Source: Dehalococcoidia bacterium (GTDB lineage: Bacteria > Chloroflexota > Dehalococcoidia > Lucifugimonadales > VXLM01). From it: DNA of 64,000 bases. Where the stretch lies: contig OY759598.1 in assembly GCA_963662435.1 (NCBI GenBank), forward strand, positions 124,001 to 188,000, given 5' to 3'. The translations under genes and the position numbers were made by a program. This document shows, piece after piece, positions 19,019 through 28,219 of this stretch (its first letter is position 1; the number at the start of each line of letters is the position of its first letter). Below the pieces are notes generated by a model. The model had not been told where the DNA came from, ran no database searches, and was given only the letters and a program-made list of their open reading frames with translations.

Positions 19019-19431
19019 CGACGACGACACAGTCCCGGCCCCGCAGCCTTCCCAGCACGACGACCAAGCTCCAAACGGAGTTCGGCAACCTCTACGTCAC
19101 CGTCTCGACGGACGAGGACGGTGAGCCCTTCGAGGTGTTCGGCTGGCTGGGCAAGGGCGGCAGCTTCCAGCACGGCGTCACAGAGCTGGCCTGCCGGTTG
19201 ATCTCCCTGCACCTGCGGCGCGGGACTCCCCTGGAAGAGGTGATCGACCAGTGTAGGGGCATCCAGGAGATGCAGCCGTTCTGGAACACGATGCCCGACG
19301 GAAAGAGCGTGGCGATCCTCGGACTCGGCGACGGGATAGCGCACATCCTCAAGGCCCACCTGAAGGCCAGGGAGGAGCGGGAGGCGGAGACGGCGCAAGA
19401 GGCGGCGATTGAGATGAAAGCGGCCGCATGA
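19015..19431 (+). CDS. Stand-alone TSCPD-domain-like protein (class II RNR C-terminal domain homologue)
   Basis: RPRSLPSTTTKLQTEFGNLYVTV..PFEVF..GKGG..RLISLHLRRGTPLEEVIDQCRGI. Confidence 0.7.
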   Translation: MTTTTQSRPRSLPSTTTKLQTEFGNLYVTVSTDEDGEPFEVFGWLGKGGSFQHGVTELACRLISLHLRRGTPLEEVIDQCRGIQEMQPFWNTMPDGKSVAILGLGDGIAHILKAHLKAREEREAETAQEAAIEMKAAA

Positions 19432-19514
19432 ACGGCCAGGACAACGGTGTCGAGGCGGGGCGGTCTCCTTCATGGGCTGCCCCGCTTCTCACTTACAGGA
19501 AGGAGGTAACGACG

Positions 19515-20615
19515 ATGGCAACGACGACTACTGACAGGGCGGAGGTCTTCTCCCGTCCTGCGGCGCGCTTCGACGACGACGGCAACCTGGAGGTGAGGGC
19601 ATCGTCAGCCCTGGGCTGCCGCCGCGCCCTCTGGTACGCCGCGACGGGCTACGAGCCCACGAATCCTCCCAGCGAGGATTCGCTGACGGCGATGGAGGCG
19701 GGCAACGCCCTGGAGCCGGTGGTGGTGCGGGCGATGGAGCGGGCCGGATGGAGAGTCGACGCCCCCGACCCCCAGGACCCGCAGCAGGTGACCGTGCGTA
19801 TCGGTTCGAACCTGCTGGTCACGGGCCACCCCGACGGCACGGTGCGGATGCCGCTAGAGGGGGACGAAGCGGCTGCGCCGCAGCTCTTCCTCTTCGAGGG
19901 AGAGCAGGATGCCCCCGTCTTTGGCGACCCGATGGTCGTCGAGATCAAGACGCGGGGACCGGAGGCGTTCAAGCGCTGGCAGACGCTGGGAGCGGAGCGC
20001 AGCCACCCGGCAGCGGTGGCCCAGGCCGCCCTCTACTCGCTCGGCGAGTTCGGCGACCTGCGGGACGCGGTGATCGCCACGATGGACACGGGGGCTCGCA
20101 CCTGGGACTGGGAGCGGATCCCCGCCGCACGGCTGGAGAAGGCCCTCCAAGACGCCAGCGAGTGGCTGGGCGGGCTTGCCGCACACCATGTCCAGAACGG
20201 GCCTGACCCCGACGCGCTGCCCGAGCGGGATTTCTCAGCCAACACCTGGCAGTGCCGAAGCTGCCCCTTCCTGGCGGTCTGCCTGCCGGGAGCGGCGGAA
20301 GCGAGCGAAGAGCCGGAGATAGAGGACAAGGAGGTAACAGACGAAGAGGCACGGGACGCGGTGGCGGCCTACGCAGAGGCTCAGGAATCCATCAAGGAGC
20401 CGGAGAAGGCCAAGAGAGCCGCGCTGGACACCCTGAAGGCGTGGATGCGCCGCCAGGGGGACTCCAAGGCAACGGTGGGAGACCGCACGGTCACCCTCGT
20501 CAGCTCGACCAGGTACTCCGTGAACCACCGCAGGCTCAACGAGGCCCTCGACCCGGAGGTCCGGGCCGAGATCGTCACCGAGAGCGAGTCGGAGTACGTG
20601 CGGGTGAACACCTAG
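19515..20615 (+). CDS. Cas4-like PD-(D/E)XK exonuclease
   Basis: SALGCRRALWY, TGHPDG, VEIKT, QAALY, CRSCPFLAVC (four Fe-S-type Cys); AGGAGGT RBS. Confidence 0.8.
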   Translation: MATTTTDRAEVFSRPAARFDDDGNLEVRASSALGCRRALWYAATGYEPTNPPSEDSLTAMEAGNALEPVVVRAMERAGWRVDAPDPQDPQQVTVRIGSNLLVTGHPDGTVRMPLEGDEAAAPQLFLFEGEQDAPVFGDPMVVEIKTRGPEAFKRWQTLGAERSHPAAVAQAALYSLGEFGDLRDAVIATMDTGARTWDWERIPAARLEKALQDASEWLGGLAAHHVQNGPDPDALPERDFSANTWQCRSCPFLAVCLPGAAEASEEPEIEDKEVTDEEARDAVAAYAEAQESIKEPEKAKRAALDTLKAWMRRQGDSKATVGDRTVTLVSSTRYSVNHRRLNEALDPEVRAEIVTESESEYVRVNT

Positions 20616-20732
20616 ACGCTTCCCCTCTTGGGAGCGCAGGACGGGGCCGTCTTCCCTTCTACAGGGGCGGCCCCGCTCTCATTCAACCGGGCGCGGCAGG
20701 ACCGCGCTACTACACACACAAGGAGAAACGAA

Positions 20733-21110
20733 ATGTCACGCACCATCAACAAAGTCGAGCTTCTGGGCAGGGTTGGGACCGACCCCGAGATGCGCTACAC
20801 GCCGAACGGCACCGCCGTCACCAAGCTGCGGCTGGCGACCGACCGCTACCGCAAGGACGCCGAGAACGATTGGCACGACGTCGTGGTTTGGGGCGCTACC
20901 GCGGAGGCCGTGAACCAGTACGTCGGGACGGGCCAGCGCGTCTACGTCGCGGGCCGCCTCGTCCAGAACTCGTGGGAGAACGAGGACGGCCAGCGCCGTC
21001 ACCGCACCGAGATACACGCCTCCGAGGTCGTGTTCCTCGACTCCCGCAACGGCAACGGTATCGGCGACGCCTCGGACATCGAGCAGCCGGTCGGCGCCTC
21101 TCCCTTCTAG
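20733..21110 (+). CDS. ssb: Single-stranded DNA-binding protein
   Basis: INKVELLGRVGTDPEMRYTPNG..WHDVVVWG..C-terminal PF. Confidence 0.92.
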   Translation: MSRTINKVELLGRVGTDPEMRYTPNGTAVTKLRLATDRYRKDAENDWHDVVVWGATAEAVNQYVGTGQRVYVAGRLVQNSWENEDGQRRHRTEIHASEVVFLDSRNGNGIGDASDIEQPVGASPF

Positions 21111-21217
21111 TCCCACAACCGAATAGCGACGCCTTCTCGAAGGCGCACCACGGGGCCGCTTCTCCCTATAGGGGGCGGCCTCGCTGCTTGTTCTAACCGA
21201 TAGCGAAGGAGGCCGAC

Positions 21218-21766
21218 ATGACCGCCACAGCGATACACGCCGACACCCCATCGAAAAGCTCCCAGCTTTCACTCTTCCAGACCGAGGGGCAGGCTCTACT
21301 CGACGCCCTGCGCAACAACCTGAACCTGCTGGGCGAGATCGCCATGCGCTACGGGGTGGAGACCCAGCCCGAACGCGTGGACGACCCGCCCTCGATCACC
21401 ACTCCCCATGACGTCCACAAGCTGCTCGCGCCGGAGATGTCCGCGCTCGCCCAGGAGCAGTTGCGGGTGCTGCTGCTCAACACCAAGAACGTGGTGATCG
21501 GCCAGCGTGTCGTCTACCAGGGGAACATCTCCTCGGCCATCGTCAGGCCCGCCGAGGTGCTGCGTCCCGCTGTCGTCGAGGCCGTCCCCAGCATCATCAT
21601 CAGCCACAATCATCCCTCCACGGACCCCACGCCCAGCCCGGAGGACGCGGCCATCACGCGGGATCTGTCCCAGGCCGCCAAGCTGCTGGGCGTCGAGCTC
21701 CTGGACCACATCGTTATTGGCGGGGACCGCTTCGTCAGCCTCAAGGAACGGGGGCTGATGCCCTGA
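21218..21766 (+). CDS. radC: RadC-family JAB-domain protein
   Basis: EQLRVLLLNTKN..HNHPSTDPTPSPED..LLDHIVIG. Confidence 0.9.
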   Translation: MTATAIHADTPSKSSQLSLFQTEGQALLDALRNNLNLLGEIAMRYGVETQPERVDDPPSITTPHDVHKLLAPEMSALAQEQLRVLLLNTKNVVIGQRVVYQGNISSAIVRPAEVLRPAVVEAVPSIIISHNHPSTDPTPSPEDAAITRDLSQAAKLLGVELLDHIVIGGDRFVSLKERGLMP

Positions 21767-21879
21767 CCCGTCTCCTCTGTGGGACGGGCGCTCCACGACC
21801 GGACGGCCCACGCCGTCCGGCTCTCCACGGCGGGGACCTTCCCCGCGCATCGCATCAACTCACACGCAAGGAGGTCGCA

Positions 21880-22506
21880 ATGCTCGCGACTCACACCATC
21901 GATCCCGAAGACCTGTTCACCATAAGCGCAGGCGGCTTCAACGCCACCGCCGACGCCTTCGCCCGCGACGACCGGACGGACGGCCTCTGGTTCGTCTCGA
22001 TGGTCGGCTCCCAGACGGCGCTCAAGGCGATCTGGGCGTCGCTCCTCAAGCAGCCCCCGGACGTCGCCCACATCATCAGGGGCGCGGACGGGATGGCGCT
22101 CCACGGCGGCTACCAGCGCTGCATCATCCCGTACGAGACGATAGGCACCTGGACGACCAAGATCGCCCGCCTGCCGGCGACCGGCGGCTGGCACGCGCTC
22201 GTCTACACGAAAACCGCGGAGTACGGCTACGAGAAGGACTCCTTCCTCCTGCTGGCGCAGTCGGAGGAGGAGGCCCCGGCGCTGCACCACCGCTTCCTCG
22301 ACAAGCGCAGCCCGCTTCCCCTGCACGGCTCCTGGGCGGACTGGCTCTGGGAGCGGGGCATCGAGGAAGAGGAGATAGTCCCCCTGCAATCGGTGGGCGT
22401 CTCCGCCTACAGGTGCTCCCCCAAGGCGAAGAAGCTCCGCGAAGACCTGTCCGATGCCGTGGCGTCGGGCAGGCTCACGCTACCCAGGGAGGCGTCCGAT
22501 GGATAG
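21880..22506 (+). CDS. Hypothetical ICE/plasmid protein preceding the methyltransferase-helicase pair
   Basis: AGGAGGT RBS; LWFVSMVGSQTALKAIWA..SPLPLHGSWADWLW. Confidence 0.65.
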   Translation: MLATHTIDPEDLFTISAGGFNATADAFARDDRTDGLWFVSMVGSQTALKAIWASLLKQPPDVAHIIRGADGMALHGGYQRCIIPYETIGTWTTKIARLPATGGWHALVYTKTAEYGYEKDSFLLLAQSEEEAPALHHRFLDKRSPLPLHGSWADWLWERGIEEEEIVPLQSVGVSAYRCSPKAKKLREDLSDAVASGRLTLPREASDG

Positions 22507-22906
22507 GATGCTGAAGCGGGCCAAGCGCCATAGCAAGCGGCGGGGCCAGCGCAACTACGCTGCTTGGCGGCTCTTCTCCCCGGACGGGAAGAGCTGCCGG
22601 TACTGCCCCCACGACAACACCGAGCACCTGATGAGCTCGGGGCAACCGCATTTCTACCGGCCCGCCACGGAGGCGGAGCGGCGGGACCCCTCGGTCCAGC
22701 TCTACCGCCACACGTTGCCGGACGGCGGCTCGACGCTGGTGCGCCGGATGACCGTCGCCGCCCGCGCCGAGCTGATCACCGCCTTCTGCGTCGCCTGTGC
22801 CCAGAGCATCGGCACCCACCAGGTGCTCTGCTACCGGCGCAACTTGGGCATAGGAGAGGTGGTCGGCATCGACACTCGCCACAAGGACCTGGCAATCGCC
22901 GCCTGA
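22499..22906 (+). CDS. Cys/His-containing hypothetical protein
   Basis: CRYCPH..H..CVAC..C; overlaps the upstream stop. Confidence 0.55.
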   Translation: MDRMLKRAKRHSKRRGQRNYAAWRLFSPDGKSCRYCPHDNTEHLMSSGQPHFYRPATEAERRDPSVQLYRHTLPDGGSTLVRRMTVAARAELITAFCVACAQSIGTHQVLCYRRNLGIGEVVGIDTRHKDLAIAA

Positions 22907-22933
22907 AGCGGCATATAGAAAGGGAGAGACGAC

Positions 22934-23983
22934 ATGAGACTCGCTGCTCAAGCAAAGGGGGGCTACTACCCGACTCCCGAGCGGGTGGTGGACCTGATCG
23001 TCGAGCTGATTCACACCCCCTCCGGCCACTACAACCGGGGCCGGGAGACCATCCGCGTCCTCGATCCCTGCTGCGGGGCCGGGGACGCGCTGGAGAGGCT
23101 GGCCGAACGCCTGGACAGGCCCAACGCCATCCCCATCGAGACCTACGGCGTCGAGCTGCACCGGGACAGGGCGGAGGAGGCCGAGAAGGTGCTCCACCGC
23201 ACCCTGGCCGCCGACCTGTTCGCAACGTCCATAGCGAACGGGGCCTTCGGCCTACTGCTCTTGAATCCGCCGTATGACTTCGATTCCGAAGACAAGCGGA
23301 CGGAGCACGCCTTCCTGACGCACTGCACGCGCTACCTGGCCGAGAGCGGCCTGCTGGTCTTCATCGTTCCACGGCAGCGCCTCGCGGTCTCGGCCCGCTA
23401 CCTGTCCACTCACTATGGGCGGATGCGGTGCTGGGCCTTCCCCGACCCGGAGCGGGAGGTCTTCGACCAGGTGGTCCTGATGGGCTACCGCAAGGCCGAC
23501 CCGGTTCCCGACGCCACAGCCGAGAGCATGGTGCTGGAGTGGGCCGTGGGGGAGCCGGAGCCCCTGCGCTCCCAGCGCAACTCCTACTCCTACCCGGAGT
23601 ACACCCCGGCGACGACGCCGAGCGGCGAAGTGCTGTTCACCACCCGCACCGTCGATCCGGCTGCGGCGGCTGCCGAGGCGCGGCGGTCGGGGCTGTGGGC
23701 CAGCACGGAGATCACCGACTCCTTGTGGCCCGCGAGCGACAGCCGCACCCGCCCGCTCATGCCCCTCAGACGGGGGCACATGGCGATGCTGGTTGCGGCG
23801 GGCTTCCTGAACAACCTCGTCCTCGAAGCCGACGACAGGCGCATCCTGGTCAAGGGCAGGACCTCGAAGGACATGGTGCTGGTCGAGGACGCCCCGGAGA
23901 AGGAGGTCCACCGCGAGAAGCTCACGACCACCGTGGTGGCCCTCGACCTCGACGACGGCCAGATCGAGGACATCACCGCCTAG
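22934..23983 (+). CDS. DUF6094-type class I SAM-dependent (adenine) DNA methyltransferase
   Basis: GYYPTP, VLDPCCGAG, YGVEL, LNPPY. Confidence 0.85.
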   Translation: MRLAAQAKGGYYPTPERVVDLIVELIHTPSGHYNRGRETIRVLDPCCGAGDALERLAERLDRPNAIPIETYGVELHRDRAEEAEKVLHRTLAADLFATSIANGAFGLLLLNPPYDFDSEDKRTEHAFLTHCTRYLAESGLLVFIVPRQRLAVSARYLSTHYGRMRCWAFPDPEREVFDQVVLMGYRKADPVPDATAESMVLEWAVGEPEPLRSQRNSYSYPEYTPATTPSGEVLFTTRTVDPAAAAAEARRSGLWASTEITDSLWPASDSRTRPLMPLRRGHMAMLVAAGFLNNLVLEADDRRILVKGRTSKDMVLVEDAPEKEVHREKLTTTVVALDLDDGQIEDITA

Positions 23984-24063
23984 ACGGCTTGCTCCGAGCC
24001 GCACAACGAGGCCCCGGCGGGGCCTTCGCCCATCACTCACATAAAGGAAAGGAAGGTCGAAAG

Positions 24064-24285
24064 ATGCAGACGACCATGACCCTCGAAGCCTGCTGCCGGT
24101 GCGGGCAACCCATCGCCCCCGGCGAACCGGCCATGCAGACCGCCTCGGTGGACATCGACGACTACGGCAGGGCCGTCTCCTCGCCGGTGAAGACATACCA
24201 CCTGCGGGGCAGGTGCTACGAGGACGCCAGGCGCAGGGAGCGCGCCGAGATTGAAGCTCTCAGGGCCTCCCTGAAAGCCGCCTAG
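24064..24285 (+). CDS. Small Zn-finger-like hypothetical protein flanked by ~40-bp direct repeats
   Basis: MQTTMTLEACCRCGQPI..YHLRGRCY..; purine-rich RBS. Confidence 0.55.
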   Translation: MQTTMTLEACCRCGQPIAPGEPAMQTASVDIDDYGRAVSSPVKTYHLRGRCYEDARRRERAEIEALRASLKAA

Positions 24286-24465
24286 ACGGCTCGCACCGAG
24301 CCGCACTCACGAGGCCCGCACCCTGCGGGTCCCGCACGTTCAACCAACCGCCTGGGGACGTTTCCAGGGACCCGTCGCACGTAAACGTCCCCCACCTGGG
24401 GGCGTGGTGCGTCCCGGGTCCCGGCGTCGTCCTCCGGCCCACCACGGAACAGGAGGACGACTCAC

Positions 24466-26853
24466 ATGAACCTCGGAGGTTTCATAGACACGTTCAAGGA
24501 GGCCATCGCCCGGCGGGTGGTGGAGTCCTACCCGCCGCTCTACCGGCCCTCGGAGAACGGCGGCACGCTGCCCAGGCTGCTCCGCAGGCCCCTGGGGGCG
24601 CAGGCCGACGCCATAAGGGGCGCGGCCCTCTCCCTCAAGGCCCACCGGGGCACCACCGTCGTCGGCGAGATGGGTACCGGAAAGACCTTCATCGGCGCGG
24701 CGGCGGCGTACATGGCGGGCTTCGAGAGGATTCTCATCATCTGCCCGCCCCACCTGGTGCCCAAGTGGAAGCGGGAGGTGGAGATGACGGTGCCCGGCGC
24801 ACGGGCCGCAATCGTCGAGTCCATCACCGACCTGGAGCGGCTGCGCCTCTCCATAGGCTCCAGCCCCCTCTTCGCGGTGATGAGCCGTGAGAAGGCCAAG
24901 CTGTCCTACCGCTGGATGCCCGCCGTGATACAGCGGTGGGCCGTCTCAAAGGGAAGGCTCCTGCGGGAGGAGGAGACGGGGGAGCCCTTCCGGGTCCCCT
25001 GCTGCCCCGACTGCACGGCGCAGATCGTGGACAAGGACGGGGTGCCCCTCACGGGCGCCGACCTGAACCGCCGCAAGCACACCTGCGCAAACTGCGACGC
25101 CCCGCTGTGGCAGGCCGACAGGTCCGGCCCGGCCCGATACCCTTTGGCCGACTACATCAAGCACAGGATGAAGGGCTTCTTCGACCTGCTTATCGGCGAC
25201 GAGGTCCATGAATTCAAGGGGCGCGGCTCGGCCCAGGGCATCGCCGCCGGCATCCTCGCCGACGTGTGCGGCAAGTCCCTCAGCCTGACCGGGACGCTGC
25301 TCGGCGGCTACTCCTCGACCATCTTCCACCTGCTCTACCGGTTCAGCCCGGAGATCAGGACGGAGTTCGGACGTTCCGACGAGCACCGCTGGATACAGCG
25401 GTACGGCTTCGAGGAGGTCACCGTCGGCAAGCCCGACGACGACGCGGTGGAGGACGGGCGCAACAGCCGCCGCCGCAGCTACCGCAAGGTTACGAGGGAG
25501 AGGCCGGGGCTGGTGCCCAGCGCCCTCTTCCACATCATAGGGAACACCGTCTTCCTCAGACTGGCGGACGTTGCCTCCGGCCTGCCGGACTACGAGGAGA
25601 AGATCCTCGTGTCCTCGATGGACTCGGAGGAGGACGCGACCGGGTACTCCCAGCGCAGCGCCTACAACAAGGTGTTCGAGGAGCTGAAGAAGGAGCTGGC
25701 GGCCGCCCTCAAATCCGGCTCCAAGCGGCTGCTGGCGACCTACCTCCAGACCCTGTTGGCGTACCCCGACGGGTGCACCAGGGGGGAGACGGTCTTCGAC
25801 CCCAGGACGGGCGACGTCATCGTGGCGGTCCCGCCCCTTTCCGAAGAGAAGCTCTACCCGAAGGAGAAGGCGCTCGTCGACCTGGTGGCCGCCGAGCGGC
25901 TGGAGGGAAGGCGGGTGCTGGTCTACGTCACCCACACGGGGACGCGGGACATCACCGGGCGGATGGACGACTTTCTCACCCGGCACGGGTTCCGGGTGGC
26001 GGTGATGAAGGCCGACGCGGTGGCCCCGAACCGCAGGGAGAAGTGGGTCGCCGACAAGGTGAAAGAGGGCATCGACGTGCTCATCTGCCACCCCAGGCTG
26101 GTGCAGACCGGCCTCGACCTCATCGACTTCCCGACAATCGTCTGGGACGAGACTGATTATAGCGTGTACGTCGTCCGGCAGGCGTCGCGGCGGTCGTGGC
26201 GCATCGGGCAGACCCGCCCGGTGAAGGTGGTGTTCATGAGCTACCGGAACACCCTGCAGGCCGACGCGCTGAAGCTGGTGGCCAAGAAGATGCAGAGCTC
26301 CCTGGCCGTCGAGGGGGAACTGCCGGAGGACGGGCTCGCGGCCTACGGGGACGACGGCGACGACATGATGATGGCGTTGGCCCGCAGGATCGTCAGCGGC
26401 GAGGAGGAGGACGAGGCCGAGACGATGGAGGAGGTGTTCGCCCAGGCGAGGAACGCCGAGAGCGAGGCCGAGGAGCTGCTGGTGGACGACGGCTGGAAGG
26501 TCGTCGAGATCGAGCCGGAGACCATTGCGGTCAACGGGAACGGGAATGGCAACGGCCACCACGACCCCTTCGACATCGGGCAGACGGTGGAGTTGGCCCC
26601 GGTCAACGGTCACGCCAACGGCAACGGGAACGGGAACGGCCACACGCCCGCCCCGGTCAACGGCAATGGGGCCAACGGGCGCCACGACGAAGAGGAGCCG
26701 GAGGCGCAGCAGTCGCTGTTCTCCTGGGCGGAGTTCATGGCCGAGCCGGTGAAGCCGAAGCGCAACGGCAAGCCGCAGCCCGCGACCCTCTCGATGTTCG
26801 AGTGGGCGATGACGCAGGAGCGCGAGAAGGAGCCGGTCGGCGCGGGACGCTAG
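24466..26853 (+). CDS. SNF2/DEAD-like helicase of ICE leading regions, with a Zn-ribbon insert
   Basis: GEMGTGKT, DEVHE, LTGT, VQTGLDL, QASRRSWRIGQ. Confidence 0.85.
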   Translation: MNLGGFIDTFKEAIARRVVESYPPLYRPSENGGTLPRLLRRPLGAQADAIRGAALSLKAHRGTTVVGEMGTGKTFIGAAAAYMAGFERILIICPPHLVPKWKREVEMTVPGARAAIVESITDLERLRLSIGSSPLFAVMSREKAKLSYRWMPAVIQRWAVSKGRLLREEETGEPFRVPCCPDCTAQIVDKDGVPLTGADLNRRKHTCANCDAPLWQADRSGPARYPLADYIKHRMKGFFDLLIGDEVHEFKGRGSAQGIAAGILADVCGKSLSLTGTLLGGYSSTIFHLLYRFSPEIRTEFGRSDEHRWIQRYGFEEVTVGKPDDDAVEDGRNSRRRSYRKVTRERPGLVPSALFHIIGNTVFLRLADVASGLPDYEEKILVSSMDSEEDATGYSQRSAYNKVFEELKKELAAALKSGSKRLLATYLQTLLAYPDGCTRGETVFDPRTGDVIVAVPPLSEEKLYPKEKALVDLVAAERLEGRRVLVYVTHTGTRDITGRMDDFLTRHGFRVAVMKADAVAPNRREKWVADKVKEGIDVLICHPRLVQTGLDLIDFPTIVWDETDYSVYVVRQASRRSWRIGQTRPVKVVFMSYRNTLQADALKLVAKKMQSSLAVEGELPEDGLAAYGDDGDDMMMALARRIVSGEEEDEAETMEEVFAQARNAESEAEELLVDDGWKVVEIEPETIAVNGNGNGNGHHDPFDIGQTVELAPVNGHANGNGNGNGHTPAPVNGNGANGRHDEEEPEAQQSLFSWAEFMAEPVKPKRNGKPQPATLSMFEWAMTQEREKEPVGAGR

Positions 26854-26950
26854 ACCGCAGAAGGAACGGAGGAGGTCGCCGCAAACGGAGCGGCGGCCTC
26901 CCCCGCATAGGCAACGCAGGAAGACACAACACGCACAAAGGAGATCAGTC

Positions 26951-27157
26951 ATGGCAAGAGTGTTCGTATACGACGACCGCGAGTTCCCGGACCCCGACCC
27001 CGAGATGAGCGTCGACCAGGTGAAGGCAACGCTCAGCGACTTCTACGGCGAGATCGCCAACGCCTCGGTCAAGGAGACCAAGCGCGGCGACGACACCATC
27101 TACGAGTTCCAGCGGCGGGTGGGCACCAAGGGCGCCGTCCACTCCGCCCGGAGCTAG
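26951..27157 (+). CDS. PRTRC system protein C (prokaryotic ubiquitin-like)
   Basis: RVFVY..FPDPDPEMSVDQVK..YGEIANA..YEFQRRVGTKG. Confidence 0.85.
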   Translation: MARVFVYDDREFPDPDPEMSVDQVKATLSDFYGEIANASVKETKRGDDTIYEFQRRVGTKGAVHSARS

Positions 27158-27170
27158 AGGAGGGCAACCG

Positions 27171-27398
27171 ATGGACAACCGCACCTTCGCGGGCCTGCTG
27201 GCGGCGACCCCGCCGGCGGCCCTGAGCATCCTTGAGCTCACGGCGGAGCTCACACGGCCCGACGGCTCCTTCGACCTGGACGCCGCGGCCTCCCGGCAGG
27301 GAGAGGTAGAGATGGCCTGCACCCAGGCCCAGGACTACACCGCCGCCACGGGGCGGCTGCTGGAGGCGATGAAATGGAAGCTGCTGCGCCGCCGCTGA
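27171..27398 (+). CDS. Small hypothetical protein in the PRTRC operon
   Basis: GAGGAGG RBS, TGATG coupling to the next gene. Confidence 0.55.
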   Translation: MDNRTFAGLLAATPPAALSILELTAELTRPDGSFDLDAAASRQGEVEMACTQAQDYTAATGRLLEAMKWKLLRRR

Positions 27399-28219
27399 TG
27401 AGCGGGCTGGCGGGACTGCTCCTGCGGCGTCCGCCGTCGCTGCGGGAGTTGGTCGTGCTGGTCGGCTACGCCGACGACTACGCATGGTTCACGGGGCTGG
27501 TGCGCCGCCTCTTTCCCAACGAGGCGGAGACGGCGCTCTCGGCCCCCGACGTACGCACGAGGGTGGAGCGGTTCGCCAATCTCTTCGGAGAACGGCACTT
27601 CCCCCTCTACGCGCCAATGATCGAGTTCTGGACGGACTCCGATGACGAACCGCCCTGGTCCTGGCTGAGGAGGGGCATCCCCTTCGAGCTGATGGGCTTC
27701 GGCTACGACGGCCTCCACGAGATGTGGAACGGCTACCGGGAGGGACTCTCGGCGATGGCCCTCCTGGTCAAGCCCCCCGACGTCTACTACGACGGCCCCG
27801 ACGGGCTGCGGGTGGCCTGGCTGGAGTCCGCCGCCGAGCGCATCCCCAAGGAGACCCTCCAGAGAGTCCCCGAGGGCGGCATACCCCTGGAGGACCTCAC
27901 GGAGGCGCTGAAGGACACGAGGTTCGAGGGCGCGGCCCTGGCCGCCTCCTGGCTCCTCGCCGAGACCGGCAACTGGTTTCTCGACCACAACTACGAGGAC
28001 GGCTCCTACGACGGGTTTTGCGACCCCTGGGACGACGACATCATCGCCGAGGGCACGGAGGAGTGGCGCAGGGCCAATGCCCTCATGGACGCGGTGTGCA
28101 AGCTGGGCGACTGGCTGGAGGATGACCTCCCCGCCCGCTTCGCCGAGATGCTGGACTTCACGCTGGAGCGGTTACCCGCACAAGAACAAGACAAGGAGGA
28201 CAACTACGATGAGCAATGA
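27398..28219 (+). CDS. Acidic hypothetical protein at the PRTRC protein F position
   Basis: Lies between PRTRC C and B; no recognised motif. Confidence 0.5.
   Translation: MSGLAGLLLRRPPSLRELVVLVGYADDYAWFTGLVRRLFPNEAETALSAPDVRTRVERFANLFGERHFPLYAPMIEFWTDSDDEPPWSWLRRGIPFELMGFGYDGLHEMWNGYREGLSAMALLVKPPDVYYDGPDGLRVAWLESAAERIPKETLQRVPEGGIPLEDLTEALKDTRFEGAALAASWLLAETGNWFLDHNYEDGSYDGFCDPWDDDIIAEGTEEWRRANALMDAVCKLGDWLEDDLPARFAEMLDFTLERLPAQEQDKEDNYDEQ

Noticed and set aside
19515..20615. CRISPR-associated Cas4
   Set aside because: Solo Cas4-like nuclease in a recombination module; no CRISPR context.
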